64,000 nucleotides of DNA from Candidatus Margulisiibacteriota bacterium (GCA_050250935.1 JBFWNS010000001.1:224001-288000), one strand, 5' to 3'; positions 35,952 to 46,397 are shown, counted from the stretch's first letter. Numbers and translations are program-made. Notes: generated from the sequence alone by a model not told the origin.

Positions 35952-36556
35952 CCTATGGTTCCCGTTTCTGTGATAATTTCTACCCAATCTTTGGTCTCTG
36001 TCCGACAAGCCAGCACAGTTCCTTCTGGCAATTTTTCGATATCAGCTCGGTTGGGTCCAGGTCCATTAAACAAGGTTGCTGGTCTTAAGACAATGGCTTT
36101 GTGTTGGGCAAGGGCCACAGCTTTTAGACCCCAAAGCCCTCCGACCAGAACCGTCGCCCCTAGCGCAATACCCACCACATTTTGAGCCAAAACCCGATTG
36201 CCCCGGCCATACCACAACCACCCCAGCCCCAGAGACACACAACTGAGAACCACCCCAAACAAGCCCCGCAATTGGTCTTCGGTGATCCACTGCACACTGG
36301 CTTCCAGATAGAAGCCAGATCCCCGACGGTCTTCGGGAACATGGGCCAACAATTGGCTTCGAAATGCCCGAATGTCGGCATCCCAGGGATCTTGGCGGTA
36401 GGCGGTTTGAATGTGATAAACCGCTGGCCCCAACCGATTGGCACTGGCGGCTTGCCGACTGGCATTAAAAGCTGCTGCACCTGCTGATTCGGCCCAACAC
36501 AAAGACCCGCAAACCAGTACCCCCAAGAGTGCCAGAATCAATTTATAATACCGCAT
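35912..36556 (-). CDS. BatE-like protein (TPR, TM, SH3b)
   Basis: Signal peptide, TPR-like helices, two TM segments, SH3b-like GPGPN..LPEG..WVEI..GTIGWV. Confidence 0.75.
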   Translation of the reverse strand: MRYYKLILALLGVLVCGSLCWAESAGAAAFNASRQAASANRLGPAVYHIQTAYRQDPWDADIRAFRSQLLAHVPEDRRGSGFYLEASVQWITEDQLRGLFGVVLSCVSLGLGWLWYGRGNRVLAQNVVGIALGATVLVGGLWGLKAVALAQHKAIVLRPATLFNGPGPNRADIEKLPEGTVLACRTETKDWVEIITETGTIGWVKQQSLKRLNQ

Positions 36557-38162
36557 CGAGTCCCTCCAAGACTGCTTGGACCGACTGGGGTCCCCTTTGT
36601 TTGTCGAGCTGTTCAACCGGAGCATAGGCCAAAAATTGAAGGTCGTCGATGAGGCTCGCCCATTTAACCAAGAGGTCTTCTGGCACCTGATAGTGTTGCA
36701 AAAGGGCCACCTGTTCGGCTTTTTTAAGGCCCACACACGAAACCCCGATTTTATGACCAAGATAGGTTTGAAGGATCCCTTCAAGGACATGGGCCTGTTC
36801 TTTACTGGGCAGAGATTTCGCCGCTTCCAGCGCTTGTTTGGCTGTCCCAAGAGCACCATCCCGCAGACGCTGTGCTTCGGATTTTTGAAACCGTTTCAAC
36901 CCAAATTGATGAAGCCCCATACCCAATAAAAGGGCTGCATTGAGGCCGATTAATCCCAACGCCCAAGGCCAAGAGGAGGGTGCTTTCGACAGAGGTTTTG
37001 GAGCAGGCAGGTTTTCTGAAATGGGTTTTAAGGCCATGACTTTGTCTTGTTTGCGAACCTCTCCTTCCACGGTTAAGTGTGGTGTTTCGAGGGTTTGATA
37101 GGTTTTTTTTGTAGGGGAATAGGTCGAAACTGAAAGGATTGGCAGACTCAGTTGCCCCGACCGTTTGGGCACTAAGGTGTAGATAAAGGTTTTTTGAGAT
37201 GGGTTTTGGGTCTCTGTTTTGGCCAAATAAACGGCCATGTCGTTTGAAGGGGCAATCACCAAGTTTGCAACGGTATCCAGATTGCCGGTTCCCGATAGCG
37301 TTACGGTTAGCCGACCCGGCTGTGAGGGACGAATCCGAGTTTTTCCCACCGTAGCAGACAAGGTAAAATCGCCAATCGCTCCCGAAAAATCAGCGGGGCG
37401 GCCCTGGATTGGCAAGCCGATTACACGAACGGTTACAGGATTTGATCTCAAGGTGACCGGGCCTTGAGCCACATCAAACACCACCTTAATTTGGGCCGGA
37501 GGTAAGGTTAGGGTTCCTGCAGTGATGGGGATGATTTGCTTGTTGATGACTTCGGCGCCATAAAACTTCTGATTCTGAACCACTTTTTTGAGCACACGCT
37601 GAGAGGTCGCCTGGCTTTTGGCGACGACCCCAGTAAACGCAGGATCGATTAAAATGACATCGCCCTCCACAGCCCCACGTCGATAAAACACAACCCGATA
37701 CGGAATGGGCTGACCCACCATCACCTGTTGGACACCGACCTCGGCTTCTAGAAATCCTTGTTTGCCGGTTGCCGTCGGCGTTTGCTTGGAAACGGACACC
37801 ACAATGGGTTTGGTTTGAAAAGTTTTTCCTTGATAACTGAGGCGAACCGGGGGAATCGAAAGTTTGCCAGACTTCAGCGGCACCAAGACCATCTCGATGG
37901 ATTTGACGCTGGTCATTTTGCCATTGACCAATGAAAAGGAGGTCGACTCTGCCGTTGAAAGGACTTTGAAATTCCCTTTCAGATTGGGAACAGGGGGGCT
38001 TGGTACAGCGGAGGCCTCTTTTCCGACAATTTGAATTTCTAAAACCACCCGATTTTGGGCATCCAAAGCAGTGCCAATTCGAGCCGATACCCGCAATTCT
38101 TCTGCACAAAGCGAGACAGACAAGCCGAGCGCTAAAATTGCCAACAGTGTTTTTTTTATCAC
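36543..38162 (-). CDS. BatD-family protein
   Basis: STSFSLVNGKMTS, LSIPP, PADFSGAIGDF, LSGTGNL, C-terminal TM. Confidence 0.85.
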   Translation of the reverse strand: MIKKTLLAILALGLSVSLCAEELRVSARIGTALDAQNRVVLEIQIVGKEASAVPSPPVPNLKGNFKVLSTAESTSFSLVNGKMTSVKSIEMVLVPLKSGKLSIPPVRLSYQGKTFQTKPIVVSVSKQTPTATGKQGFLEAEVGVQQVMVGQPIPYRVVFYRRGAVEGDVILIDPAFTGVVAKSQATSQRVLKKVVQNQKFYGAEVINKQIIPITAGTLTLPPAQIKVVFDVAQGPVTLRSNPVTVRVIGLPIQGRPADFSGAIGDFTLSATVGKTRIRPSQPGRLTVTLSGTGNLDTVANLVIAPSNDMAVYLAKTETQNPSQKTFIYTLVPKRSGQLSLPILSVSTYSPTKKTYQTLETPHLTVEGEVRKQDKVMALKPISENLPAPKPLSKAPSSWPWALGLIGLNAALLLGMGLHQFGLKRFQKSEAQRLRDGALGTAKQALEAAKSLPSKEQAHVLEGILQTYLGHKIGVSCVGLKKAEQVALLQHYQVPEDLLVKWASLIDDLQFLAYAPVEQLDKQRGPQSVQAVLEGLDAVL

Positions 38163-38752
38163 CAGTCCTGATCTCCTTGTTTGGAGGGTTTTGGGATTTG
38201 ATTAAAGCGATTTCGGCTTTCTCTTTCGTGATCACGCAAGGTATTTAGGGTTAATTTTGCCCGATTTTCATTGGGTTTGGGGGGCGTTGGGTCGGGTGGA
38301 GGTGGGGATTTTGGTGAACGGCGCTTTTCCACCAAAACGGCTTCCAAATTATACTTGGCATCTTCGTCGTTGGGGTTTCGTTTTAAGGATTCGCGATAGG
38401 CTGCAATGGCTTTTTCAAGATCCTGTTTTTGATGATACACGTTTCCCAAATTGTAGTAGATTTTGGCTTGTTTACTGGGAGGAAGTTTTTGGATGGCTTT
38501 TAGGTAGGCTTCTTCTGATTTTTGCCAGTCCTTTTGGGCATAATAGCTGCTGCCCATGTTGGCCCAGGCTTCGCCTGCATCGCTGGTTTTAATGGCTTTT
38601 TCAAGGTGAATTTGTGCCGCTTTGGGATCGCCTTTTTTAAGGGCCCTTACACCCAAGTTGTTGTGCCAGGCCGCCGTTAAAGACTCGGCCTGGAGCGAAC
38701 CAGCAAAAAGGGTCATCACCATCCAAATCCCAACAACCACCTTACTCGTCAT
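38159..38752 (-). CDS. BatC-like TPR protein
   Basis: YYNLGNVY, AIAAYRESLKRNPNDEDAKYNLE, C-terminal DW. Confidence 0.85.
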   Translation of the reverse strand: MTSKVVVGIWMVMTLFAGSLQAESLTAAWHNNLGVRALKKGDPKAAQIHLEKAIKTSDAGEAWANMGSSYYAQKDWQKSEEAYLKAIQKLPPSKQAKIYYNLGNVYHQKQDLEKAIAAYRESLKRNPNDEDAKYNLEAVLVEKRRSPKSPPPPDPTPPKPNENRAKLTLNTLRDHERESRNRFNQIPKPSKQGDQDW

Positions 38753-39749
38753 GAGACCGGACCTCGGGCAATGCCCATTCCACTAGCAAAAGGACCAACA
38801 CCAGGCCTAGAAGCCACTGATACCGATCTTCGTGTTGTTTGCGAAGCCAATGGCTGCCAAACGTGGTTTCGTGAACCACCATCATGGCCCGATACAGTTT
38901 GTTATAGACATGCTGATTTTGGCCAGTGAACAAAGCCGTCCCGCCGGTTTCGGCTGCAATGGCTTTTAACTGGGCCTCGTTCAGCTTGGACACCACCACA
39001 CGGTTGTCGCCATCTTTTTTGAGGGCAATAACCCCATCGTCCTGAGGCAGGGGAATGGGTTGGCCTTGGGGCGTCCCAACCCCAACGGTAAAGACGGTAA
39101 TCCCGGCTCGTTTTGCTTTTTTGGCTGCGGCTTGGGCATCGCCGCTTAGGGCTTCTCCATCGGTAAAAATGACCAGGATTTTTTCCGCAGCTCCCGGTTT
39201 TTGAAAGCCTGTGATGGCGGTTTCGATGGCCGAGGCCACATTGGTGCCATATTCTGGAACTGTCCCCACTTGGACCGAATCCACAAACATCGACACGGCT
39301 TCTTTTTCCGCGGTTAGAGGGCACTGAACCCAAGCGTTTCCAGCAAAGACAATCAAACCCAACCGATCGGCCTGGGCCAATTGAATCAGCCCCTGAATTT
39401 CGGATTTGGCAAAGTCAAAACGGGTGGGCAAACTATCTGGGGTTAACATGCTTAACGAGGTATCCAAGGCAATGACAATGTCCCGGCCTTTTTGCCCCAC
39501 TTGCTCGGATTTGGTCCCAAATTGAGGCCGAAGCACCACACCCACCAGACCGGCCAAAACCAGAACCCAGAGAACCCGTTTCCAAAACCGGCGGGTGGGG
39601 CTATTGCCCACCAACAACAGGGCCCAGGCCGAGCTATTCGCCAAAATCTGAAGATTTCGTTTGCGTCTAAGCGCCCCGATGGCTAGGATTGCCAGCACAA
39701 GGGGAACCACAATAAAAAGCGGCCATAAAAATCCATTTCCAAAAATCAT
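38742..39749 (-). CDS. BatB-like vWA-domain protein
   Basis: RPQFG, MIDAS DTSLSM, FAGNAWVQCPLT, TDGE, VGTPQG, SKLNE. Confidence 0.9.
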   Translation of the reverse strand: MIFGNGFLWPLFIVVPLVLAILAIGALRRKRNLQILANSSAWALLLVGNSPTRRFWKRVLWVLVLAGLVGVVLRPQFGTKSEQVGQKGRDIVIALDTSLSMLTPDSLPTRFDFAKSEIQGLIQLAQADRLGLIVFAGNAWVQCPLTAEKEAVSMFVDSVQVGTVPEYGTNVASAIETAITGFQKPGAAEKILVIFTDGEALSGDAQAAAKKAKRAGITVFTVGVGTPQGQPIPLPQDDGVIALKKDGDNRVVVSKLNEAQLKAIAAETGGTALFTGQNQHVYNKLYRAMMVVHETTFGSHWLRKQHEDRYQWLLGLVLVLLLVEWALPEVRSHDE

Positions 39750-40753
39750 GGCAATCCCCGTCCAAAATAGCCAAAGACCAAGGCCCCTTCCAGAAGGAAG
39801 AGCCCCAAGGCCAGGACCACAAAAATAGGGAACAATTCCACAATATCTTGATGGTGTTTGCCGGACAATTTTGTTTTTTCAAGGCCGTCTATTTGGGCAC
39901 AAATGGTTTCCAGAGAATGGGTGTCCACCGCCCTAAAATAACGCCCCTGGGTGATTTTTGAGATGGTTTTGAGGGTGGCTTCGTCGATCTGGGTTTTCAC
40001 CAAAGACCCATCCGGGTTGGTGGCATAGACCTTGCCTCGCAGGGGGTCCATCACGGGCAGCGGTGCCCCCCCTTCTTTGCCCACCCCGATGGTATACACT
40101 TTGACCCCCAAATCCTGGGCCAACCCCGCAGCGGTGATGGGGTCGATATCTCCACGGTTGTTGACGCCGTCGGTTAGCAGAATAATGACCTTTGATTTTG
40201 CGGGACTGTCTTTGAGCCGGTTTAGGGCGGTTGCAAGCCCCGTACCAATGGCCGTTTCGCCACCAGCCATGCCAATGGTGACATGATCCAATAGCCCCGA
40301 CAAAATATCGTAGTCCAAGGTTAAAGGGCATTGGGTAAAGGCATCTTCGCCAAACACCACCAATCCCATTCTGTCGTACTGGCGTTTCTGAATGAAGGCC
40401 TTGAGGGTTCGCTTGGCCACTTCGAGGCGGTTGTCGGGTTTAAAATCTTCGGCCCTCATGCTGGCCGAAACATCCAGTGCCAACACCATATCGATGCCGT
40501 CTTTTTGAATATCCGCCAACACCGCAATTTTTTGGGGTCTGGCCAACGCAATCACCATGCAACACAACACCAAAAACCGCAAAATCGGCACGGCCTTTTC
40601 CAACCAGCCTGGCCAAGCCGGGAGTCCTTTTCCCAAAAGCGAAAAGGAAGAAAACAACACCACGGATTTTTTGGGGTGTCGCCATCGCAGATAGGCCAAG
40701 CCCAACACCGGAAAAAGTGCCAAAAGAAAGAGCGGATCTTCAAATCGCAACAT
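39746..40753 (-). CDS. BatA-like vWA-domain protein
   Basis: ALARPQ, DVSASM, PDNRLE, QCPLTLD, TAIGTGL, LLTDGVNN, KVYTIGVG. Confidence 0.92.
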   Translation of the reverse strand: MLRFEDPLFLLALFPVLGLAYLRWRHPKKSVVLFSSFSLLGKGLPAWPGWLEKAVPILRFLVLCCMVIALARPQKIAVLADIQKDGIDMVLALDVSASMRAEDFKPDNRLEVAKRTLKAFIQKRQYDRMGLVVFGEDAFTQCPLTLDYDILSGLLDHVTIGMAGGETAIGTGLATALNRLKDSPAKSKVIILLTDGVNNRGDIDPITAAGLAQDLGVKVYTIGVGKEGGAPLPVMDPLRGKVYATNPDGSLVKTQIDEATLKTISKITQGRYFRAVDTHSLETICAQIDGLEKTKLSGKHHQDIVELFPIFVVLALGLFLLEGALVFGYFGRGLP

Positions 40754-41687
40754 CGGTATCCTGCTTTGGCCACCCCGTGTCGATCGTTTGAAGCAGCGTG
40801 GGAAGTCGCATAAACCACCCTTTTGCGATCTCGGGGCTGGGGGTTGCTTTGGCAAATTTAACTTGGTCGCCTTGAACCAAAAAATCTGCAATTTCAGCCT
40901 TGATTGGATCCAAAACTGGGCTTTGAATCAACCAGTATTTGACTTCGTCTGTGGTCATTTCAAGAACTGGTTGACCCGTTTTTTGGGTAAGATAGCCTTT
41001 GATAATATCGATGAGTTCAGAATAGTCCTGCTTGGGTTCTTGGCCCCAGGTTTTGGCTGCCAATTTTTGGCAGGCTTCAAGGGCCCAGTCGAGGGGGGAA
41101 ACCGCTGCAACTTTCGGAACCGCCTCGGCTTCGAATCGCTCTCGTTTAAACCAAAGTTTGGCCTTGTAAATTCCAAAGCCTCCCCCACCCAGAACCGCCA
41201 TTAAAGCCCCCAAAAGCAAGGTCCATTGCAAGGCCGTCAGCGAAATATCCAGGGGCGATTTTAAACCCCGAAATGCGATTGGGCCTTGTTTGGGCAACCG
41301 GCTTTTAACAGCGAAATCAAAGGTTTTAACTTGGTGGGGATAGTGTTTGCCATCTCGGACCACGTCGACTGAAAACGTCGGAATTTGCATGTGATCGGTC
41401 TGGTAAACCTTAAATGTTAGGGTGTATTTGAAGCGTCCATCCCCCAAAGCATCGAAGGTGGCATTGCCCGAGACTTGTCTGGCCAACTGTGGGGAAGGCG
41501 CTTGAACCGTTGTGCCAGATGGGGGTGTCAAAATCACCGTATAGGTAACAGGATCCCCAAAAAGGGGATGAGCCGGACTGACACTGGCTTGACTGTCCAA
41601 TTTGGCCCAAACAACGCCCGGCAGACCCACCATCAAAGCGACCATGCCCCAAAAAAATAGGCTTCGTTTTGACGGAAGTGTTCTCAT
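40740..41687 (-). CDS. Bat-operon membrane-anchored protein
   Basis: Signal peptide, Ig-like domain, TM, then LEMTTDE and DQVKFAK motifs typical of the gene between DUF58 and batA. Confidence 0.75.
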   Translation of the reverse strand: MRTLPSKRSLFFWGMVALMVGLPGVVWAKLDSQASVSPAHPLFGDPVTYTVILTPPSGTTVQAPSPQLARQVSGNATFDALGDGRFKYTLTFKVYQTDHMQIPTFSVDVVRDGKHYPHQVKTFDFAVKSRLPKQGPIAFRGLKSPLDISLTALQWTLLLGALMAVLGGGGFGIYKAKLWFKRERFEAEAVPKVAAVSPLDWALEACQKLAAKTWGQEPKQDYSELIDIIKGYLTQKTGQPVLEMTTDEVKYWLIQSPVLDPIKAEIADFLVQGDQVKFAKATPSPEIAKGWFMRLPTLLQTIDTGWPKQDTDVAI

Positions 41688-42559
41688 AACACCTTCATCC
41701 TTTGTCTGAAATACCGATTCAAAGCCCCGACATAAGACTCGCCTGTGGTGATGCGAATCGGTTTAATGCTCCACTGTTTAAAAAAATAATCCAGTTCGGC
41801 AGCTCTCTGCTCAGCCGCTTTTGCAAAAGCATCCCTCACCGAAACCAAAGCCGTGTCCACCACCTGCGTTTGTCCGGTTTCTGCATCTTGTAGACGTAAG
41901 GGCCCCACATTGGGAAAAGCCAGTTCCAAACCATCTTGAATCACCAGCGGAATTAGATCGTGTTTGACGGAGAGTTGTTTTAAAACGGTCTCGTACCCGG
42001 TATCCAAAAAATCGGAAATCACAAACACGATGGCTTTTTTGCGAAGCCGTTTTAGGATTTGAGTCAATCCTATTTTAAGAGAGGTTTTTTTGCTTTTGGG
42101 GCGTAGGCTCATCAGGTCCCTTAACAAGCGGAGCATGTGATCTTTGCCTTTTTTGGGGGGCACATAGGCCTCGATTCGGTCCGAAAACAAGCACAGTCCC
42201 ACACAGTCTTTGTTTTGAACGGCTGAAAATCCCAACACGGCCGCCAGCTCCGTGATCAAGTCGGCTTTGGTTTGGGCCGCAGTGCCAAATCGGTGGGAGG
42301 CGCTCACATCCACGGCCAACATAACGGTTAATTCCCGCTCTTCTTCGAACACTTTGACAAAGGGAGACCCCATTTTCGCGGTCACGTTCCAGTCGATAAA
42401 CCGAACGTCGTCACCAGGATGATAGTCCCGAACTTCGGCAAATCGCATGCCTTGTCCCCGAAACACCGAATGGTATTCCCCCGTAAAGGTCGAGCTGACC
42501 AACAAACGGGTTTTAATTTCGATGGCTCGAACTTTTTTTAAGAGGTCTGCAGAAATCAT
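41684..42559 (-). CDS. DUF58-domain protein
   Basis: GEYHSVFRGQGMRFAEVRDY, IDWNVTA, VFEEERE, VISDF. Confidence 0.95.
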   Translation of the reverse strand: MISADLLKKVRAIEIKTRLLVSSTFTGEYHSVFRGQGMRFAEVRDYHPGDDVRFIDWNVTAKMGSPFVKVFEEERELTVMLAVDVSASHRFGTAAQTKADLITELAAVLGFSAVQNKDCVGLCLFSDRIEAYVPPKKGKDHMLRLLRDLMSLRPKSKKTSLKIGLTQILKRLRKKAIVFVISDFLDTGYETVLKQLSVKHDLIPLVIQDGLELAFPNVGPLRLQDAETGQTQVVDTALVSVRDAFAKAAEQRAAELDYFFKQWSIKPIRITTGESYVGALNRYFRQRMKVL

Positions 42560-43549
42560 TTAGGGAACTTGAATCGCAGCAAAGATCTGATCCACCAAAG
42601 CATCGGCGGTTAATCCTTCGGCTTCGGCTTCGAAAGAGGGAATCACCCGATGACGCAGCACATCTTTGCCGATGGCCTTGATATCTTCTGGGGTCACGTA
42701 ACCACGGCCCCGAAGGAAGGCATGGGCTTTCGCCGTTTGAACCAAACAAATGGATGCCCGGGGAGAGGCCCCATAGGCAATCAAGGGTTTCAAGGTTTCT
42801 AGACCATGGTTTTCGGGATGACGCGTCGCATCGACAATGTCCAAAATATACCCTTTAATTTTGTCGTCCAAATAGATTTGCTGAACCACAGATCTGGCCT
42901 TAATGACGGCTTTAGCAGACACCACAGGGCTCACTTTAGTGGGCTGGGCAGTGGTCATGCGATCCAAGATGATGCGCTCATCGGCCTTTGACGGATAGGT
43001 CACGGACAACTTCATCATGAATCGGTCGATTTGGGCTTCTGGCAAGGGATAGGTCCCCTCTTGGTCCACCGGGTTTTGGGTGGCCAACACCAAAAAGGGC
43101 TCTTCAAGGGGGTAGGTGGTATCCCCAATGGTCACTTGTTTTTCTTGCATGGCTTCCAACAACGCGCTTTGAACCTTGGCTGGGGCTCGGTTAATTTCGT
43201 CGGCCAAAATAAAATTGGCAAAAATAGGGCCCAACTTTGGGACAAATTCTTGTTTGATGGGGTTGTAAATCAAGGTTCCAATCACGTCTGCTGGCAGCAA
43301 ATCGGGTGTAAACTGAATGCGTTTAAAGTGAACATCCACCACCGTCGCCAGGGTTTTAATGGTGAGGGTTTTGGCCAAACCTGGAACCCCTTCCAAAAGC
43401 AAGTGGCCTCCCGTTAAGACACCGATCAATAACCGCTCCAAGACCCCCAACTGACCCACAATCACTTTACCTGCTTCATCTAGAATGGTTTTTACAAATT
43501 TGGACTCTTCCTCAACCAAAGCCTGAATTTGGGACAATGCATCACTCAT
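42560..43549 (-). CDS. MoxR-family AAA+ ATPase
   Basis: EGVPGLAKT, RIQFTPDLLPAD, DEINRAPAKVQSALLEAMQE, PEAQIDRF, GASPRA; start 43549 after AAGGAG. Confidence 0.97.
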   Translation of the reverse strand: MSDALSQIQALVEEESKFVKTILDEAGKVIVGQLGVLERLLIGVLTGGHLLLEGVPGLAKTLTIKTLATVVDVHFKRIQFTPDLLPADVIGTLIYNPIKQEFVPKLGPIFANFILADEINRAPAKVQSALLEAMQEKQVTIGDTTYPLEEPFLVLATQNPVDQEGTYPLPEAQIDRFMMKLSVTYPSKADERIILDRMTTAQPTKVSPVVSAKAVIKARSVVQQIYLDDKIKGYILDIVDATRHPENHGLETLKPLIAYGASPRASICLVQTAKAHAFLRGRGYVTPEDIKAIGKDVLRHRVIPSFEAEAEGLTADALVDQIFAAIQVP

Positions 43550-43688
43550 ATCTGTGTTACTCCTTAACAATATCAAGCCCCCAGCAGGGGATTATTTTAG
43601 CATCGAACCGCTTTTTTAATACAGGCCAAAAGCAAAAAAATTGTCTATACTAGAGCCAAGTACGATTCCTTTTTCATTGGAGCATTTT

Positions 43689-45533
43689 ATGAGAGCGGCC
43701 CTTAAACTACTCCCTCTATTGGTTATCTTTTCTTTTGGGTCCTTGTTTGCCCAGTCCCTTAAAGACACGGTGAATCCAAGCCGAGAATGGCCCCTGAAAT
43801 GGCGAACCAAAATTGGCGTTACCACCTTTAAAACCAACATGGTTCAGCAAGAAAATCGCCTGTTTATTGGATCGAATGGCAACTCCACCAAAAACCTGAT
43901 GGACTATGCCGATGGGGTCTATGTGCTCGACGCCAAGACTGGGGATATTGTGCGACAAATTAAAACCGACGCCTTGGGGGACACCGACGTTAATGGGGTG
44001 GCGGTTACAGGCAACACCGTTTTTTTTGGGAATGATAACAACGTTTTTTATGCCACAACCACCACAGGCAACATCCGATGGAAACTGGAAACCAGTGGGG
44101 ATATTGAAGGGGTGCCTGCGATCGCCGATTTTAACCGCGACGGGGTTGCCGATGTCTGCTTTGGAACAGAAAGTGGCGAATTGTTTGTGGTGAATGGCAA
44201 AACTGGGGAGGTGCTGTGGAAGTTTGTGGCCGATTTCAAGCCCAAGTGGACCTATCCTGCCGAAAGGTCTTTTGTTGCCTCGCCGCTTTTGGTGGATCTG
44301 AATAAAGACGGCATCCCAGATGTGGTGATCGGGTCTCGAAACGGGTCTTTTTATGCCTTTAATGGCCGCAATGGTCTGATTTTATGGGAAATTCGAAATG
44401 AAAACCCGGCTGGGATTCATGCATCCGCCATTTATAAAGATGGGGTAATTGTGTTTGCCGACGCCTATGAGCGGGTTTATAAAATCGATACCAAAGCCGT
44501 GCCAATTGAAGATTTCAGACTCAACAACGGGACATTTCAAGGGCTGTTTTCGAGTCCGGTTCTGACCTCGTCGAACACGATTGCCATTGGGTCTTCCTGG
44601 CCAGGCAGCGAGTGTGGGGCCTGGATTATCCCCGCAGAAGATGGGGAAACCTCAAAATTTATTCCCCTTGGCCGGGTGTCTGCAACCCCTGTAGTGGCAG
44701 ACTTTTTGGGAGCCGGGGTCCCGCAAATTGGATTTACGTCGGAAACCGGTTTTTTTGCAGTTTGCGACGAATCCGGTACCGTCTTGGCCAAGTTTAAGCT
44801 GCCGGCCGGGGCCGAAGCAACGCCCTTTATTACCGATGTGGACGGCGATGGTGTTTTGGATATTTTATTTGCCACCCAAGATGGGTTTTTAAACTGCTAT
44901 GCGTTGCCTGCCAAGCCCAAAGTCGCTTCTCCTTGGCCGTCCTTTCGTGGCAATCCCGACAATACCGGTTGTTACCCCATTTTGACCCCTGCCAAAACAA
45001 CGGCACCTGCAACCCTGACCGCCCTGGTTTCGGCCTCGCCCAAAGACAGTCAATTTATCGTTTCTGAATTGGGCATTGGCCCTGCAAAATTGGGCATGAC
45101 CCTGCAAGAGGTGAAGGCCGCCATGGCAGGCCCCAATATCGAGTTTAAACCGGATGAGTTTTTGGGCGGGTACAAGGCCTTGAATGTGATGGAAAAAGGC
45201 GAATCTTTGTTTTTGATTGTTTTCCCTGCCTGGCAGCCGCTTAAGGACGAGGATCCGGTTTCCATGTTGGTGACGTTTAATCCGAACTACCATACGGTTC
45301 AGGGCATCTCGCCCTCGTCTCCACTGGGATTGGCTTTAACGGTGTATGGGCCTCCCACCCTGACACTGTATCCCAACGAGGGGCGGGAAATGGTGACCTT
45401 TCCCAAAAGCCCAGAAGGACTGTTTTTTGCGGCGACGCCCAAATCTGGAATTTACCGGGACGACATTACCTTTAAATCGACCAAATCGTTTACCAATGGG
45501 GCCCGTATTTTGTACATCGGGGCCAAGCGCTAG
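43689..45533 (+). CDS. Secreted PQQ-like/FG-GAP repeat beta-propeller protein
   Basis: Signal peptide; DFNRDGVAD, DLNKDGIPD and DVDGDGVLD Ca-binding repeats; GKTGEVLWK; WPSFRGN; separate C-terminal domain. Confidence 0.8.
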   Translation: MRAALKLLPLLVIFSFGSLFAQSLKDTVNPSREWPLKWRTKIGVTTFKTNMVQQENRLFIGSNGNSTKNLMDYADGVYVLDAKTGDIVRQIKTDALGDTDVNGVAVTGNTVFFGNDNNVFYATTTTGNIRWKLETSGDIEGVPAIADFNRDGVADVCFGTESGELFVVNGKTGEVLWKFVADFKPKWTYPAERSFVASPLLVDLNKDGIPDVVIGSRNGSFYAFNGRNGLILWEIRNENPAGIHASAIYKDGVIVFADAYERVYKIDTKAVPIEDFRLNNGTFQGLFSSPVLTSSNTIAIGSSWPGSECGAWIIPAEDGETSKFIPLGRVSATPVVADFLGAGVPQIGFTSETGFFAVCDESGTVLAKFKLPAGAEATPFITDVDGDGVLDILFATQDGFLNCYALPAKPKVASPWPSFRGNPDNTGCYPILTPAKTTAPATLTALVSASPKDSQFIVSELGIGPAKLGMTLQEVKAAMAGPNIEFKPDEFLGGYKALNVMEKGESLFLIVFPAWQPLKDEDPVSMLVTFNPNYHTVQGISPSSPLGLALTVYGPPTLTLYPNEGREMVTFPKSPEGLFFAATPKSGIYRDDITFKSTKSFTNGARILYIGAKR

Positions 45534-45536
45534 GAC

Positions 45537-46157
45537 CTAGTCCACCACCAAATAGGGGCGAAGCTGGGCCACTTTTTTCCAGCTGAACCCCTTGAGTTTG
45601 ACCAGTCCATCCAGACCAATAAAGGGGCCGTGCTCTTGGCGATAACTCACAATGCTTTTGGCAGCTCCCAGGCTGAGCCCCGGAACCAAAGCCAGATCTT
45701 CTGGGCTTGCTGTGTTTATGCCCAAAGGAAATGTAGGCCCTTCTTTTGGGGCTAGCCTGTCCGGGTTTTCAGTGGGATTTTTTCGGGTTTTGCGATGGGA
45801 TTCTTTGGGCAATTTGACGGCCTTTTGGGGCTTAACCTTTTTGGGCGGCACATAGATGCGCTGCCCATCTTTGACATAGGCCGCCAAATTGACCTTATCG
45901 ACATCGGCATTGGCCAAAACGCCCCCAGCTTTTTCCAATGCTTTTTGAACACGAATATGCCCTTGAATGGGATAGAGACCCGGATGCTGAACCGCCCCCG
46001 AAATATAGACCATGGCATGGGGTTTTTGAATCACAGGGGCCACAGCTGTTGTTTCGACCACCAGGGGTTGATCGGCGTTGTGATGGCGGAGCAATCCCAC
46101 CAAACCCAGGCAAAAAATGACGCCAACTCCGCCGATTAAAAACTTCGAATTGTCCAT
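45537..46157 (-). CDS. comEA: Competence protein ComEA (TM, SLBB, HhH)
   Basis: VYISGAVQHPGLY, VNLAAYVKDGQRIYVP, INTAS, AKSIVSYRQEHGPF. Confidence 0.88.
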   Translation of the reverse strand: MDNSKFLIGGVGVIFCLGLVGLLRHHNADQPLVVETTAVAPVIQKPHAMVYISGAVQHPGLYPIQGHIRVQKALEKAGGVLANADVDKVNLAAYVKDGQRIYVPPKKVKPQKAVKLPKESHRKTRKNPTENPDRLAPKEGPTFPLGINTASPEDLALVPGLSLGAAKSIVSYRQEHGPFIGLDGLVKLKGFSWKKVAQLRPYLVVD

Positions 46158-46209
46158 CGCTTACCCTTTTAATTTGAGAATTGGGGTGATATTATCGTCT
46201 TACTTGAGT

Positions 46210-46397
46210 GGCCGTATCGACGACGGACGGCCGATACGACCGGGTGGCGATCTTGATCTATTTAGACCGGGAAGTCCATGTCAAGATCGCCATCAGAACC
46301 GTAATCAGTTCGACGCATTCGCCGACTGTTACCTGTATCTGTAGTGTGACACCAACCATCTCCCTTTTGGGGGAGCCCCGATAAAAATAGGTCCGTC
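46210..46397 (-). ncRNA. Candidate structured RNA of unknown family
   Basis: Five hairpins, G-U pairs favouring the minus strand, 5' GACGGAC complementary to the last hairpin loop, TACAGT -10 box 6 nt upstream. Confidence 0.6.

Noticed and set aside
37486..38235. 249-aa alternative-frame ORF in batD
   Set aside because: Same-strand off-frame ORF with no motifs; batD is intact in its own frame, so there is no frameshift.
46117..46344. 75-aa plus-strand ORF
   Set aside because: Overlaps the comEA start in antisense, has no recognisable motif, and the region is better explained as structured RNA.
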